Positions 27,901 through 35,941 of a DNA stretch of 64,000 nucleotides are shown piece by piece. A model generated the notes under the pieces. The model was given only the letters and a program-made list of their open reading frames with translations. It searched no databases and was not told where the DNA came from. Source of the DNA: a virus; IMG/VR virus record IMGVR_UViG_3300025151_000022, positions 24,236 through 88,235 of that record; one strand, written 5' to 3'. How positions within the stretch are numbered: the first letter of the stretch is position 1; every line of letters begins with the position of its first letter. The position numbers and the translations under genes are program-made.

Positions 27901-30803
27901 GATGCATTAAGAACGGTCAGATAGTATACACCATCTTGCTCTCCAGCAATGTATTGCTGAGACTCACTAATTCTGTAAGTATAGAATGTATTATCAAATT
28001 TCTTTCTCTTAAAGTGAGGAAGATCTACAGTTCTTAACGTAGTATCAGTATCAAATGAACCAGGATTTGTTGCAAGACCAACAGTAAATTGCTTTGCACT
28101 ATTAATTCCTGTTACAGAATAATTTCTATTAAATCCAGAATTTCCAAGACCAGTTGGATTTAGAGTACTCTTGACATTGATAATTTCAACTTCAGAACCA
28201 ATTGAGAGTTTGTGTGGAAGTTCTGTATCAATTCTTGCTTCAAGGTTTGACCAATTAGCACCTGCAATAAACTTAAAGTTTCTTTGCTGGTTTACATTCG
28301 TAATAGATCCAGTTCCAAAGTATGTTTGAATCTCCGCATCAGTTGATCCAATTGATGTATTAGATTCTTGTAAAATAAATCCATCTGTAGGTGGTCTTGA
28401 AACATCTGCTGTTGATGGAATTACATATCTTAGTTTGTATAGAATATCTTCTGCGTTTCTATTATCAGTTTTTCTAGATATGAATGTTCTTGGGGTTGCT
28501 GATCCAAGATTTGCCACTCCAAGTCCGACTACTGTAGAATAAATCGTATTTTCAGTTGAAGCAGTTGAAACCTTTACATACCACTGATTGTTTGTAGTAT
28601 CAAACTGGATGGGGTGTCCAATATCACCGGAGTTTTTATCAGAAACTCTACTTACAACACGTAAATTACCACCCTTTTCATTAATTACGACATTATCCGC
28701 ATTAATCGCATCGTTGAACGTTTTAGCAATTTTAATATTTCTATTGGTGGTCAGTCCACTCAGAACATTAGTATCAGTAATTGCATAGTAAACAGTATTT
28801 GGACTTAATCCATCTGGAAGTTGACCATCATCACTAATAACACGAATAGATTCTCCATTTGCAAAAGTATGGGCATCTTTTAATGTAATTACATTATCAA
28901 ATCCATCTTTACTGTATCTTCCAATACTATTAATTCCAGATACATTTCTTTCAACACTAAAAGTCTTCTCAGAACTTGTCTGAGATCCAGACATTACAAC
29001 TCTTGCTTGGTATTCATCGGAACCAATGAGAAGTTTTACTTGATCATTTTCTCTAGCACCAACTCTGTATCCCTCAAGAACATTCTCTGGTGGAACGTCT
29101 TGGTTAGTTTGATCATATAAGAATAATTGTCCTGTAGAACCAACACCAACTGTCTTAGATACATCAATTGCCTCAAACTCAAGAGAACTTTCGGTCAGAG
29201 GAATTTCTTTTGGCGGAATGACGTGAGTAATATATCCGATGTCATCTTGAGAAAATGCATCTGCCTTAAATCCTTCCGCAACCAGTGCTTTAGCACCAAA
29301 GTTGGAGTTAGAGTTGGTGATAGAAATGTCACCACCAGATTCAGTTACAAAGTGCTCTGCAAATCCAATAGCGAAAACAGAAACTGCCTGAATAATTGAA
29401 TTATTTGTAACCTTAATATGGAAGTTCTTATACCTTGGTTTATATCTTGCTCTGGAATTATTACTTATTGTTTCATTACCAGCAATGGTATTGTCATCAT
29501 AATTACCTGTTGGTGGAGAATCTTGGTTAAAGACAACAAATGCCTTATCATCCTTTTGAAGACCAATACCCGTGAACTGTGCCACGACCATTGACTTGAA
29601 TCCAGTAACCTTATCTCCATCAGCAAGCATTCCGCACATACCAAAAACGGATCTCAGAGAGATGTTGAAGATATATGGTGATGCTGATGTTACTGTATCA
29701 GACTGTAATGATAAAGATGCACCAGCAGTAGCAGGAAGTGCAATTGCTGGAGGATTTTGAACTTTATATTGAATTTGAGTGGAAGATAATTTCTGATTTA
29801 CGACAAATTGACCATTATATCCACCAGCAACAACACCTTCAACTCTAAAGGGAGTATCAACATCTAAACCATTTACATCAATATTCGTAGTTACTGTAAT
29901 TGTATTGCTTGGAGTGATTCCATCACCAGACCTAATACTAGTAATACCTACAGAAAGACCTGATGATCCAACAATTCTCGTTTCATCAATTTTTGGTTGA
30001 ATGTCGAGAGTATTAGTTGGGAAGTCGGGTTCAATAGGTCTTCCAGAGGACTGACCATAAACAAGTCCGACCTTAGCATAATACATTTCGAGATCTGTTA
30101 GATCTGATTCAAAATTAAGAAACTCATCTCTGATAAAAGTACGATTTTTTCCATCTGCATATTCAAAACATGCAAGTTTATGGTGAGAGAAGTTTGGAAC
30201 TGCAGTATTAGCAGTGTAATCTCTATAAACAACTCCGTTTGGATCACCATCAAACATACTGAATTGCCAGAGATAACAAGCTCCAGTTACTCTGAACAAA
30301 CAAGATCTTTCAATAGCATCATTCTCTGGATTTGGAACATACTTAGGACGAACCTTGGTCTTACGAAGATCTAATCCAACAATTGATGTACCTCTAGGGA
30401 TGATTACACCACCATAGATACTGTTTACTTTATATAATTCATTATCTGGAGAACTCAGATCAAAATTTGATGCAAGATCATATGGAGGAAGATCATTAGT
30501 CGTGCCACCATTTCTTAACTTATATTGATTAGTTCCATCAATAATAAATCCAGGTCTATTATCAACGATATGATCACCTGGATATAGTAAAATAGTTGTA
30601 TTTCCAAATCTGTCATTATCAAGACCTCTTTGATATGAGAATCTTGCTGCTTCAATTAAAGCACGTTGGATTGTTTTAAATGGACGTGTTAAAGAATTGC
30701 CCTGATTTTCTATACTATCTGTAGCATCCAAACTATTTGGATCGACATAAAGAATAGTACCACGCGAAGACTTCAGAAAATTATCTAATCTGGAAAGACC
30801 CAT
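24918..30803 (-). CDS. Very large virion structural/tail fibre protein
   Basis: 1961 aa; MGLSRLDNFLK...RPFKTIQRALIEAARFSY N-terminus conserved in cyanomyoviruses; GxGY repeats, VGIGTT fibre motifs, C-terminal KWPGGVVP domain. Confidence 0.8.
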   Translation of the reverse strand: MGLSRLDNFLKSSRGTILYVDPNSLDATDSIENQGNSLTRPFKTIQRALIEAARFSYQRGLDNDRFGNTTILLYPGDHIVDNRPGFIIDGTNQYKLRNGGTTNDLPPYDLASNFDLSSPDNELYKVNSIYGGVIIPRGTSIVGLDLRKTKVRPKYVPNPENDAIERSCLFRVTGACYLWQFSMFDGDPNGVVYRDYTANTAVPNFSHHKLACFEYADGKNRTFIRDEFLNFESDLTDLEMYYAKVGLVYGQSSGRPIEPDFPTNTLDIQPKIDETRIVGSSGLSVGITSIRSGDGITPSNTITVTTNIDVNGLDVDTPFRVEGVVAGGYNGQFVVNQKLSSTQIQYKVQNPPAIALPATAGASLSLQSDTVTSASPYIFNISLRSVFGMCGMLADGDKVTGFKSMVVAQFTGIGLQKDDKAFVVFNQDSPPTGNYDDNTIAGNETISNNSRARYKPRYKNFHIKVTNNSIIQAVSVFAIGFAEHFVTESGGDISITNSNSNFGAKALVAEGFKADAFSQDDIGYITHVIPPKEIPLTESSLEFEAIDVSKTVGVGSTGQLFLYDQTNQDVPPENVLEGYRVGARENDQVKLLIGSDEYQARVVMSGSQTSSEKTFSVERNVSGINSIGRYSKDGFDNVITLKDAHTFANGESIRVISDDGQLPDGLSPNTVYYAITDTNVLSGLTTNRNIKIAKTFNDAINADNVVINEKGGNLRVVSRVSDKNSGDIGHPIQFDTTNNQWYVKVSTASTENTIYSTVVGLGVANLGSATPRTFISRKTDNRNAEDILYKLRYVIPSTADVSRPPTDGFILQESNTSIGSTDAEIQTYFGTGSITNVNQQRNFKFIAGANWSNLEARIDTELPHKLSIGSEVEIINVKSTLNPTGLGNSGFNRNYSVTGINSAKQFTVGLATNPGSFDTDTTLRTVDLPHFKRKKFDNTFYTYRISESQQYIAGEQDGVYYLTVLNASNSPTVTPFTEEKFSQPVKNLFPQTDRDTPNADPDESKCFASSGLIGEVVVNDPKKSVTKETTNKFVRDVNIGFGITDLASQSGTAHTIYTQVDHGFNRATSLSIVNAGSGYGSGAPANIYNARLVGGASDGKHATAKITVNGSGTITAVKLMDGGSAYGVGNTLTVAGVAQTTGFSEAVVRVDSVYSNVGDTVKVIGISSEGYSKFNDLYRITSVTSDKTFNAVSVNNNVNRSVLGLGVTACAEAYGYLTGESIRVSGLTYDHTSGIATVTSSNAHGLAVDQKVKLTGANQSQYNGDFIVTEILDDLSLPTYSFSVRIGVGTASPSATGTIFAYREGVSSNDGIITVDNENLNGRMVANYAGITTTLSATISSPSDENISLSGIAQLDVNIGDYLAIEDEIVRIKTTVTGLNPLTVFRGVLGTRRKAHAANSVVRKIFINPVEFRRHSIIRASGHTFEYVGFGPGNYSTALPDKQDRQISADEELLAQSTKREGGINFYTGMNDKGISYSGNKKLSTITGSEEIFDTPIKTITGEDISNVPALNVISPVEGSFSRSIRVEGGADNKVASEFNGPLIVNNKITSNSPKGIEANSLFLQGDATVSRKQTVGISTPVLSGNPGDVVYYANPDEGGYVGWIYTQANDWRRFGNVSLSKDLDISTLDKLGIGATSVLNSLLRVGSDIFTVNEDGVGIGTTASGYSLNVIGNANISGIITASEFVGSGQYLTNLNAAATGWDNATDALYNSDLSKNVGIGTTTPRFVLEVGHVGQTTKTFQVNGKSEFTDTLTANAVAVGGALTAVGTYTIDNVTSGLIRASQISVGTQTPTELASFQVGSGSDLLVVKSDGHLGIGTTAPRADVDILGHARIRTQSEDSRTVNSVSGEVTLDLSLAQTFYVGGGAGNITDFIVANPPHGSSTFTLVVTNTNPPKNIAIDSFKMQSNGAVVDVKWPGGVVPIVTNAANAVDIYSFKILNGQTLETQRVLYGVIGGQNFS

Positions 30804-30844
30804 CTTATTAGTGCTTATAGTTCCGTTATGGATTATTTAGTAAT

Positions 30845-30872
30845 AAAAAAGCATCCAGTTTCCTGAATGCTT
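30845..30872 (-). terminator. Rho-independent terminator
   Basis: AAGCATTCAG-GAAA-CTGGATGC-TTTTTT on the minus strand after the Mom-like gene. Confidence 0.75.
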
Positions 30873-30908
30873 ATATGCACATTAAGTACGTCTTCCTTCA
30901 CACGGAAC

Positions 30909-31523
30909 TTAAATTGTACCATATTTTTCTTCGTTCCACAAGATATTTAATGACTTATCAAATACCATCATATATCTATGTTTTCTAGTTCTATTCTTCC
31001 ATTTCCCCTCGATTCCTTTTATACTTCCTCTAGAATGTTTGGTTCCGTCACTATAATAAAAGTCTTTTTTAGGATCAGTCAAACCATAGTATTTAAAATT
31101 ACAAGCCCGATAAATTATTCCATCATGATGAGAAGAATCAGCGTAACTAAGAAGCGATCGAACATTTGCATCTTTACGTAACCTCTTTATACAACGACTG
31201 ACGAACCAAGAGGTAATATTATACTCTTCTTTTTGGAGTTCTGGATCAACACATAATCTGGATAATTCAAATAATCCATCTTGTTCGTCTCTTTCTAGTC
31301 CGAATGCTCCCTTAGCGATTTCAGGAACAGGGAGCCCAGTAAAAATACATACGGCAAGGCACCCACCAATATTAAGAGGGCAGTCCCAGTCGGTGTGTCT
31401 AAAAAGTCCATAGTTATAACCTGACTTAAAATCTTTTGATTCATCTTTCAGGTAGTGATGTTTATAGAGTAAGGGTTTACAACTATCTTTATCTACTCTA
31501 TCAATATAAAAATCTGATTTCAC
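30909..31523 (-). CDS. Mom-like (GNAT-fold) DNA modification protein
   Basis: HHYL, ELSRLCV, SWFVSRCIK, LLSYAD, HDGIIYRACNF, KHRY - motifs characteristic of the Mu Mom family. Confidence 0.65.
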   Translation of the reverse strand: MKSDFYIDRVDKDSCKPLLYKHHYLKDESKDFKSGYNYGLFRHTDWDCPLNIGGCLAVCIFTGLPVPEIAKGAFGLERDEQDGLFELSRLCVDPELQKEEYNITSWFVSRCIKRLRKDANVRSLLSYADSSHHDGIIYRACNFKYYGLTDPKKDFYYSDGTKHSRGSIKGIEGKWKNRTRKHRYMMVFDKSLNILWNEEKYGTI

Positions 31524-31717
31524 TGATCACATTCTGGAATTTTGATGTCCATATTGACATCTTTTTCATTCATTAAATATTCTACGGTGGTTGCGATATC
31601 ATTCATTGCATCTCTGATATTTTCTTGTGTTCCAGAGTGCTGATCTAAATTTTTGGGATTGGAGAGAGTCCATCTCCATTGTTTCATCGCGCTATTGTGC
31701 CAAAGATTTATAACCAT
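31520..31717 (-). CDS. Hypothetical protein (conserved cyanophage type)
   Basis: 65 aa, INLW...QWRWTL...AMNDIA; AGGAG upstream. Confidence 0.65.
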   Translation of the reverse strand: MVINLWHNSAMKQWRWTLSNPKNLDQHSGTQENIRDAMNDIATTVEYLMNEKDVNMDIKIPECDQ

Positions 31718-31733
31718 TTTTTTCTCCTTAATA

Positions 31734-31807
31734 AGCCAACTAACGGACTTGAACCGTTGACCTGAGCTTTACAAAAACCCTGCTCTATCCAGCTGAGCTA
31801 AGTTGGC
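31734..31807 (-). tRNA. trnT: tRNA-Thr(UGU)
   Basis: GCCAACT acceptor, GCTC/GAGC D arm, GGGTT-TTTGTAA-AGCTC anticodon arm, AACGG-TTCAAGT-CCGTT T arm; no encoded CCA. Confidence 0.93.
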
Positions 31808-31809
31808 GA

Positions 31810-32085
31810 TCAATCTACAGGTAGTAGTTCTGGGTTTTCTAACTCCAAATCAAACATTAATGGATGACACTCTTCTGCCATGAGATACATGGAAGAACGA
31901 TATAGTTCTTCTGGTTCCCACCTTTTCTCTTGGTCAGCAAGTGTTACTACTTCTGGATGTGACTTGGCAATCTCTGGAAGTTCATCAAATGTAAAAGGTA
32001 CATTTTGAATGAAATATAACAGTATTAATGTACTTCCTTCGTGATGATCATACCAAGCATATTTTGTGTCTATGTGGTATTTCAT
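31810..32085 (-). CDS. Hypothetical protein
   Basis: The track ORF starts inside tRNA-Leu; the likely real start is MKYHIDTKYAWY at 32085 (91 aa). Confidence 0.7.
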   Translation of the reverse strand: MKYHIDTKYAWYDHHEGSTLILLYFIQNVPFTFDELPEIAKSHPEVVTLADQEKRWEPEELYRSSMYLMAEECHPLMFDLELENPELLPVD

Positions 32086-32120
32086 GGGACTAAGTTTACC
32101 CTGAAAATATTTAGGGTAAA

Positions 32121-32205
32121 TGCGAGTGGCGAGACTTGAACTCGCACGACTGTAATAGTCAACAGATTTTAAGTCTGGTGTGTCTACCGATTCCACCACA
32201 CTCGC
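32121..32205 (-). tRNA. trnL: tRNA-Leu(UAA)
   Basis: GCGAGTG acceptor, TGGTGGAATCGGTAGACAC D region, CAGA-CTTAAAA-TCTG anticodon arm, long variable arm, GCGAG-TTCAAGT-CTCGC T arm; no CCA. Confidence 0.93.
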
Positions 32206-32217
32206 GCAAAAAGGAGA

Positions 32218-32391
32218 TTACTCTCCGATATAATTACCTAGTCTATCGTAGATAGGAGGATGAAAAGCACAGTATTCGTTAAATGTAATCTTCATTTCCT
32301 TATTAGTAAGATTAGCATTTTTTGCTGCTTTTGGCAAGTTCCATTTTGCCGCAAATAACATTTCCATGGATCGACGTGTTTCTGGTCTCAT
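32218..32391 (-). CDS. Small hypothetical protein (57 aa)
   Basis: Below the track cutoff; MRPETRRSMEMLFAAKWNLPKAAKNANLTNKEMKITFNEYC...; followed by a GGAG-AGTAAT-CTCC-TTTTT hairpin. Confidence 0.65.
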   Translation of the reverse strand: MRPETRRSMEMLFAAKWNLPKAAKNANLTNKEMKITFNEYCAFHPPIYDRLGNYIGE

Positions 32392-32501
32392 ACTCATAGC
32401 ACTTAAGAATTTCTTTGTATAGAGAAGGTTTGTGGTGAATCATTGTTGAAAACCCTACAGGTGAAAATTTTTGCCGGGATTTTTTTCGACCAAAAATGGA
32501 A

Positions 32502-32708
32502 TCAAAGGTCGATTTTGGTTAGGGGGTCAGAATACTTAAGGATATCATCACCCAAAAGATTGCGACATAACTCAAGCACTGCCATGAATTGATCCACGGT
32601 TTCGCATTCTACTACACGCTCTTCTCCCTCACTAGAATAGAGAAAGAATTTGCGGGACACGGGATCAACAACACACCTAGTTAGAAACTCGTCTTGCATA
32701 GGATTCAT
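32502..32708 (-). CDS. Hypothetical protein (conserved cyanophage type)
   Basis: 68 aa, RCVVDP...LYSSEG...C..VDQFM; directly downstream of a consensus sigma70 promoter. Confidence 0.7.
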   Translation of the reverse strand: MNPMQDEFLTRCVVDPVSRKFFLYSSEGEERVVECETVDQFMAVLELCRNLLGDDILKYSDPLTKIDL

Positions 32709-32722
32709 CTGTTTACCTGCTT

Positions 32723-32751
32723 ATTATAGGACTATCCAAATCCCTTGTCAA
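32723..32751 (-). promoter_or_regulatory. Host sigma70-type (early) promoter
   Basis: TTGACA-N17-TATAAT, perfect consensus. Confidence 0.85.
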
Positions 32752-33367
32752 GCTTAGAACCCATCTTACTGACATTGAAAGAATCTGATCCATAATGATA
32801 TGAAGAATCAAACTGAAAGACCTGAGAACTTGGCATGAAATTCATCGCTAAAGAATGCCTAGAGTATGGTGTGTTATTAAATTCACTGGCATGTCTCACA
32901 CTTGACGGAAAAATAATCATGTGTCCTTTCTTAGCGTTGATTGGAACCCCTCCATGCATCCTTAAATCTAGTTTTGTCGTAGTAAATGGAACTTCAATAC
33001 CTGTATTACCTTTTAAAAGAATAAGTGGAGAAGCGTCATGTAAATAAAAAACTGCACTCCAAAAACTATTATTATGATTGTGCTCTTCCACTCTTCTCCC
33101 TGGTTCTGTGTTAGTGAACCAACTTGTAGTCATTTCCATAGACACACAATATTTAATGTCATCTAGTACAAAATTAATAATTTTTTCAAATTTTTTTGTC
33201 AGTTGTTTATATTTTTTCAAAACTAAAAATCCATCAGAAACTCCTGGATTGTTTTTCATCCAAGGAGTTTTCTTAATAACTTCAGTAACCTCAGGCAATA
33301 ACTCAGAACAGTCAACATTCCAAACTAAGGTTGGAAATAATTTATATTCTTCTTCAATAGTTGCCAT
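32732..33367 (-). CDS. Putative 2OG-Fe(II) oxygenase (TIGR02466-like)
   Basis: LFPT, SW, EHNHNNSFWSAVFY (HxH), IIFPSSVRH, RHSLAMNF. Confidence 0.8.
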   Translation of the reverse strand: MATIEEEYKLFPTLVWNVDCSELLPEVTEVIKKTPWMKNNPGVSDGFLVLKKYKQLTKKFEKIINFVLDDIKYCVSMEMTTSWFTNTEPGRRVEEHNHNNSFWSAVFYLHDASPLILLKGNTGIEVPFTTTKLDLRMHGGVPINAKKGHMIIFPSSVRHASEFNNTPYSRHSLAMNFMPSSQVFQFDSSYHYGSDSFNVSKMGSKLDKGFG

Positions 33368-33392
33368 TTATGTACCACCTTATACTTTTACA

Positions 33393-33421
33393 AGAATAAT
33401 TGAAACCACTTCACTTGTCAA
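33393..33421 (-). promoter_or_regulatory. Host sigma70-type promoter
   Basis: TTGACA-N17-TATTCT upstream of the oxygenase. Confidence 0.65.
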
Positions 33422-34410
33422 GAGTTATAGTCTTGAATTATTTGTCGGTTTTGATTCAGACCATCGAGACCATCTTGGAAATTTGTAATTTGATTATTTC
33501 CTGCTTGTCCTTTTTTCTCAAACCATAAATTAACATTAGATCTTGATTTCAATGCTCTCATTTTATTTGTTCCATTAGTAGAATCAGTATAAAGATTATT
33601 AATTTCTGTTCTTAAACTTTCAATATCAGAAACAAGATTTGTAATTGATGTAGCAGCTCCTGAATTAACAGAACTTAAATTTGAAAAGAAATAATAGTAT
33701 CCAAGACTTGATCCTGATGTGACCAAATTAAGATAATCTGTATTTCCTGCAGCGTCTCCAAATTCATATGCTGAAACACCTATCCCAAGATTTGAACTTG
33801 TAACCTTTACATATGACTCACCTTCTTTATAAAATGCTTCTCCTACAGAAAGACTTTCTACATTTGGATAATGCCACGCCGCAATAATATCTGGATAAAT
33901 TTCTGCTCTAACGCCGACTAAACAGCAGTTGGATCCAGAGATGCATGTAGGATCTGTAGCACCAGTGGATACACAACCATCAGGATAAATGAATGTTGAA
34001 ATACCTGCCATGTAAGTAACTTTTTCGCCTGTACTATCACTTACACTACCAGTACTTGAAACTAATCTTTCATTTGCAGAAGGATAATTTACTCCAGTAT
34101 TATTAATACTCGTAAATACTGTGCTCATAATATCGACAATTTCTTGCTTTTTCCTATTCAAAATAGTGAGCTTGCCTAAAGCATGAGAATCCGTTGCCGA
34201 AAGTGCAACTCGATAATTATTAGTTTCTTCCTGATCTTCTGCCTCATAATCTGCAGATGTTTTTTGTGGGGCAGACGCATTTCCTGGAGAAATAACACCA
34301 GAACTTCCAGCGACACCTTGAAATTCATTATCATCATGTATATCTTTATATAAAGTTCTCGCTGCTCTGCCGCCTACAGTAGTTGGTTTAAATGGATTTG
34401 AAAATGTCAT
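33418..34410 (-). CDS. Putative virion structural protein
   Basis: 330 aa, coupled (ATGA) to the upstream baseplate-module gene; no clear motif. Confidence 0.55.
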   Translation of the reverse strand: MTFSNPFKPTTVGGRAARTLYKDIHDDNEFQGVAGSSGVISPGNASAPQKTSADYEAEDQEETNNYRVALSATDSHALGKLTILNRKKQEIVDIMSTVFTSINNTGVNYPSANERLVSSTGSVSDSTGEKVTYMAGISTFIYPDGCVSTGATDPTCISGSNCCLVGVRAEIYPDIIAAWHYPNVESLSVGEAFYKEGESYVKVTSSNLGIGVSAYEFGDAAGNTDYLNLVTSGSSLGYYYFFSNLSSVNSGAATSITNLVSDIESLRTEINNLYTDSTNGTNKMRALKSRSNVNLWFEKKGQAGNNQITNFQDGLDGLNQNRQIIQDYNS

Positions 34411-35144
34411 TTATTCTCATCCTCCTGAGTATTTTTATTTCCACGAGCATCGTAATCATAACCAGAGATAGAATATTGGCAATTATCACCAGGATATTCT
34501 GCTGGAGTTTGACCTTCATATTCAACAATCAATGGTTCTCCATCAGTTCTTGCTGCATGGATGACATAATAACAATCAATTTTCGTTGCATTTCCGGATT
34601 TAATAATAATTTTTTGCCCCCACTCAATTTTATCTACAATTAAATCTTGAGATGTTCCTATTTGAGTTAAAGAAACTGTGATCGTCTCAGGATCAATCAA
34701 ACCATTCCAGTATTCTGGAAGATTAATAACATTTGAATTAGTAAGTCTACCTCTATAAAATACACCTGCTTCTGGTCCTTCAAGACAAATATGGCGAAGT
34801 CTATAATTTTCTTTATTGGGATGTTTAATATCAAATCCTTTCCAAGATTGCGGATTAATCGTTCCTTGGAAAGTTCCAGTAAAATTTCCTCCTTGAAAAC
34901 GAGGTGCTTGAATTAAAGTTGCAGAACGAATATTACCTTGTGCAATAATTCCTTCATCAGCTTGAATATTACCAATTCTCATGTTGTAATGTAACCAAGG
35001 TTGACATGCATCTTTTGGGTAATCATCATCCTCTGTGATTCCTTTTACAGGATAATCATATCTGGTAGACAATCTACCAAATGTTGATTGATCTCCGCAG
35101 TGAGAGGTATTTGAATTTTTTGGAATAAATTTTCCTGCTGTCAT
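34407..35144 (-). CDS. Baseplate/tail-associated protein with FDIxHP...LRHxCxEGP domain
   Basis: 245 aa; C-terminal domain paralogous to 35146..35931 (LPEYW..L(I/V)DP.TITV.LT...YPGDN.QYSISGY). Confidence 0.65.
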   Translation of the reverse strand: MTAGKFIPKNSNTSHCGDQSTFGRLSTRYDYPVKGITEDDDYPKDACQPWLHYNMRIGNIQADEGIIAQGNIRSATLIQAPRFQGGNFTGTFQGTINPQSWKGFDIKHPNKENYRLRHICLEGPEAGVFYRGRLTNSNVINLPEYWNGLIDPETITVSLTQIGTSQDLIVDKIEWGQKIIIKSGNATKIDCYYVIHAARTDGEPLIVEYEGQTPAEYPGDNCQYSISGYDYDARGNKNTQEDENK

Positions 35145-35145
35145 T

Positions 35146-35931
35146 TTACTTTACGTCGTAGTGGTAACCTGAAATAGAATACTGATTATTATCACCAGGA
35201 TAATCTCCAGGACTTCTACCTTCATATTCTGGAATGAGTCTTTCTCCATCTGCTCTAGTTCCAAATACATGGAAATAGCAATTAATGGGCATTCCACCAT
35301 GAGATTGTAAATGTATTTTATTATCCACAATCCTTTTCACAATTACATTTTGATGGGCTCCGATTGGAGTTAGATTGACTGTAATTGTTGATGGATCAAC
35401 TAATTTTTTCCAATATTCTGGAAGTAATATTTCAGTTTTATTTAACACCTTCCCTCTATAATAAACGTCATTACTTGGTCCTTCTGGGCAAGTATGTCGA
35501 AGTCTATATCCTTCTTTTGTTGGATGAGGAATATCAAAATTCTTTTTAGCAGAAAGAATATGTCCACCGCATCGAGACATAACTTCTCCCTGAGCAATAA
35601 CATTCCCACCACAACCTATGTTCTGTGCAGCATCTAGAGGTCCTAAGAATCCGGCAGCACCTGAAACGGCAAGAGAGTAAGGATTATTCACTCCACTGCA
35701 TAGTCCACCAGGGATCAAGGGAGGTTTTACATCAGGATCTGCATTAGATAATGGACCAATATTTACAGTTGCATATGCAGTTGGAAATTCCGTTGGAGCA
35801 CCAAAAACAACAGGACCTTCAGCAAAAGCAGATCCATTGATCTTCCTATCACCCTCCCCTATAGCAGGAACAATACCAGTTCCTACTTTTAGTTGTCCTC
35901 CTACATTTGCATCGTCTAAATTAAAAGACAT
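35146..35931 (-). CDS. Baseplate/tail-associated protein with FDIxHP...LRHxCxEGP domain
   Basis: 261 aa; paralog of 34407..35144. Confidence 0.65.
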   Translation of the reverse strand: MSFNLDDANVGGQLKVGTGIVPAIGEGDRKINGSAFAEGPVVFGAPTEFPTAYATVNIGPLSNADPDVKPPLIPGGLCSGVNNPYSLAVSGAAGFLGPLDAAQNIGCGGNVIAQGEVMSRCGGHILSAKKNFDIPHPTKEGYRLRHTCPEGPSNDVYYRGKVLNKTEILLPEYWKKLVDPSTITVNLTPIGAHQNVIVKRIVDNKIHLQSHGGMPINCYFHVFGTRADGERLIPEYEGRSPGDYPGDNNQYSISGYHYDVK

Positions 35932-35941
35932 TTGTTACTCC

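Noticed and set aside
1-30803. Diversity-generating retroelement or invertase-type tail switching
   Set aside because: An Mtd-like N-terminus and a 100-bp repeat are present, but there is no reverse transcriptase or recombinase in the window, and the repeat differences are mostly synonymous rather than adenine-specific.
32086-32199. N-terminal extension of track ORF 31810..32199
   Set aside because: It runs through tRNA-Leu; the ATG at 32085 is the more plausible start.
32312-32443. 43-codon ORF MIHHKPSLYKEILKCYEYETRN... overlapping the 57-aa gene
   Set aside because: No clear SD and a large out-of-frame overlap; cannot be supported without comparative data.
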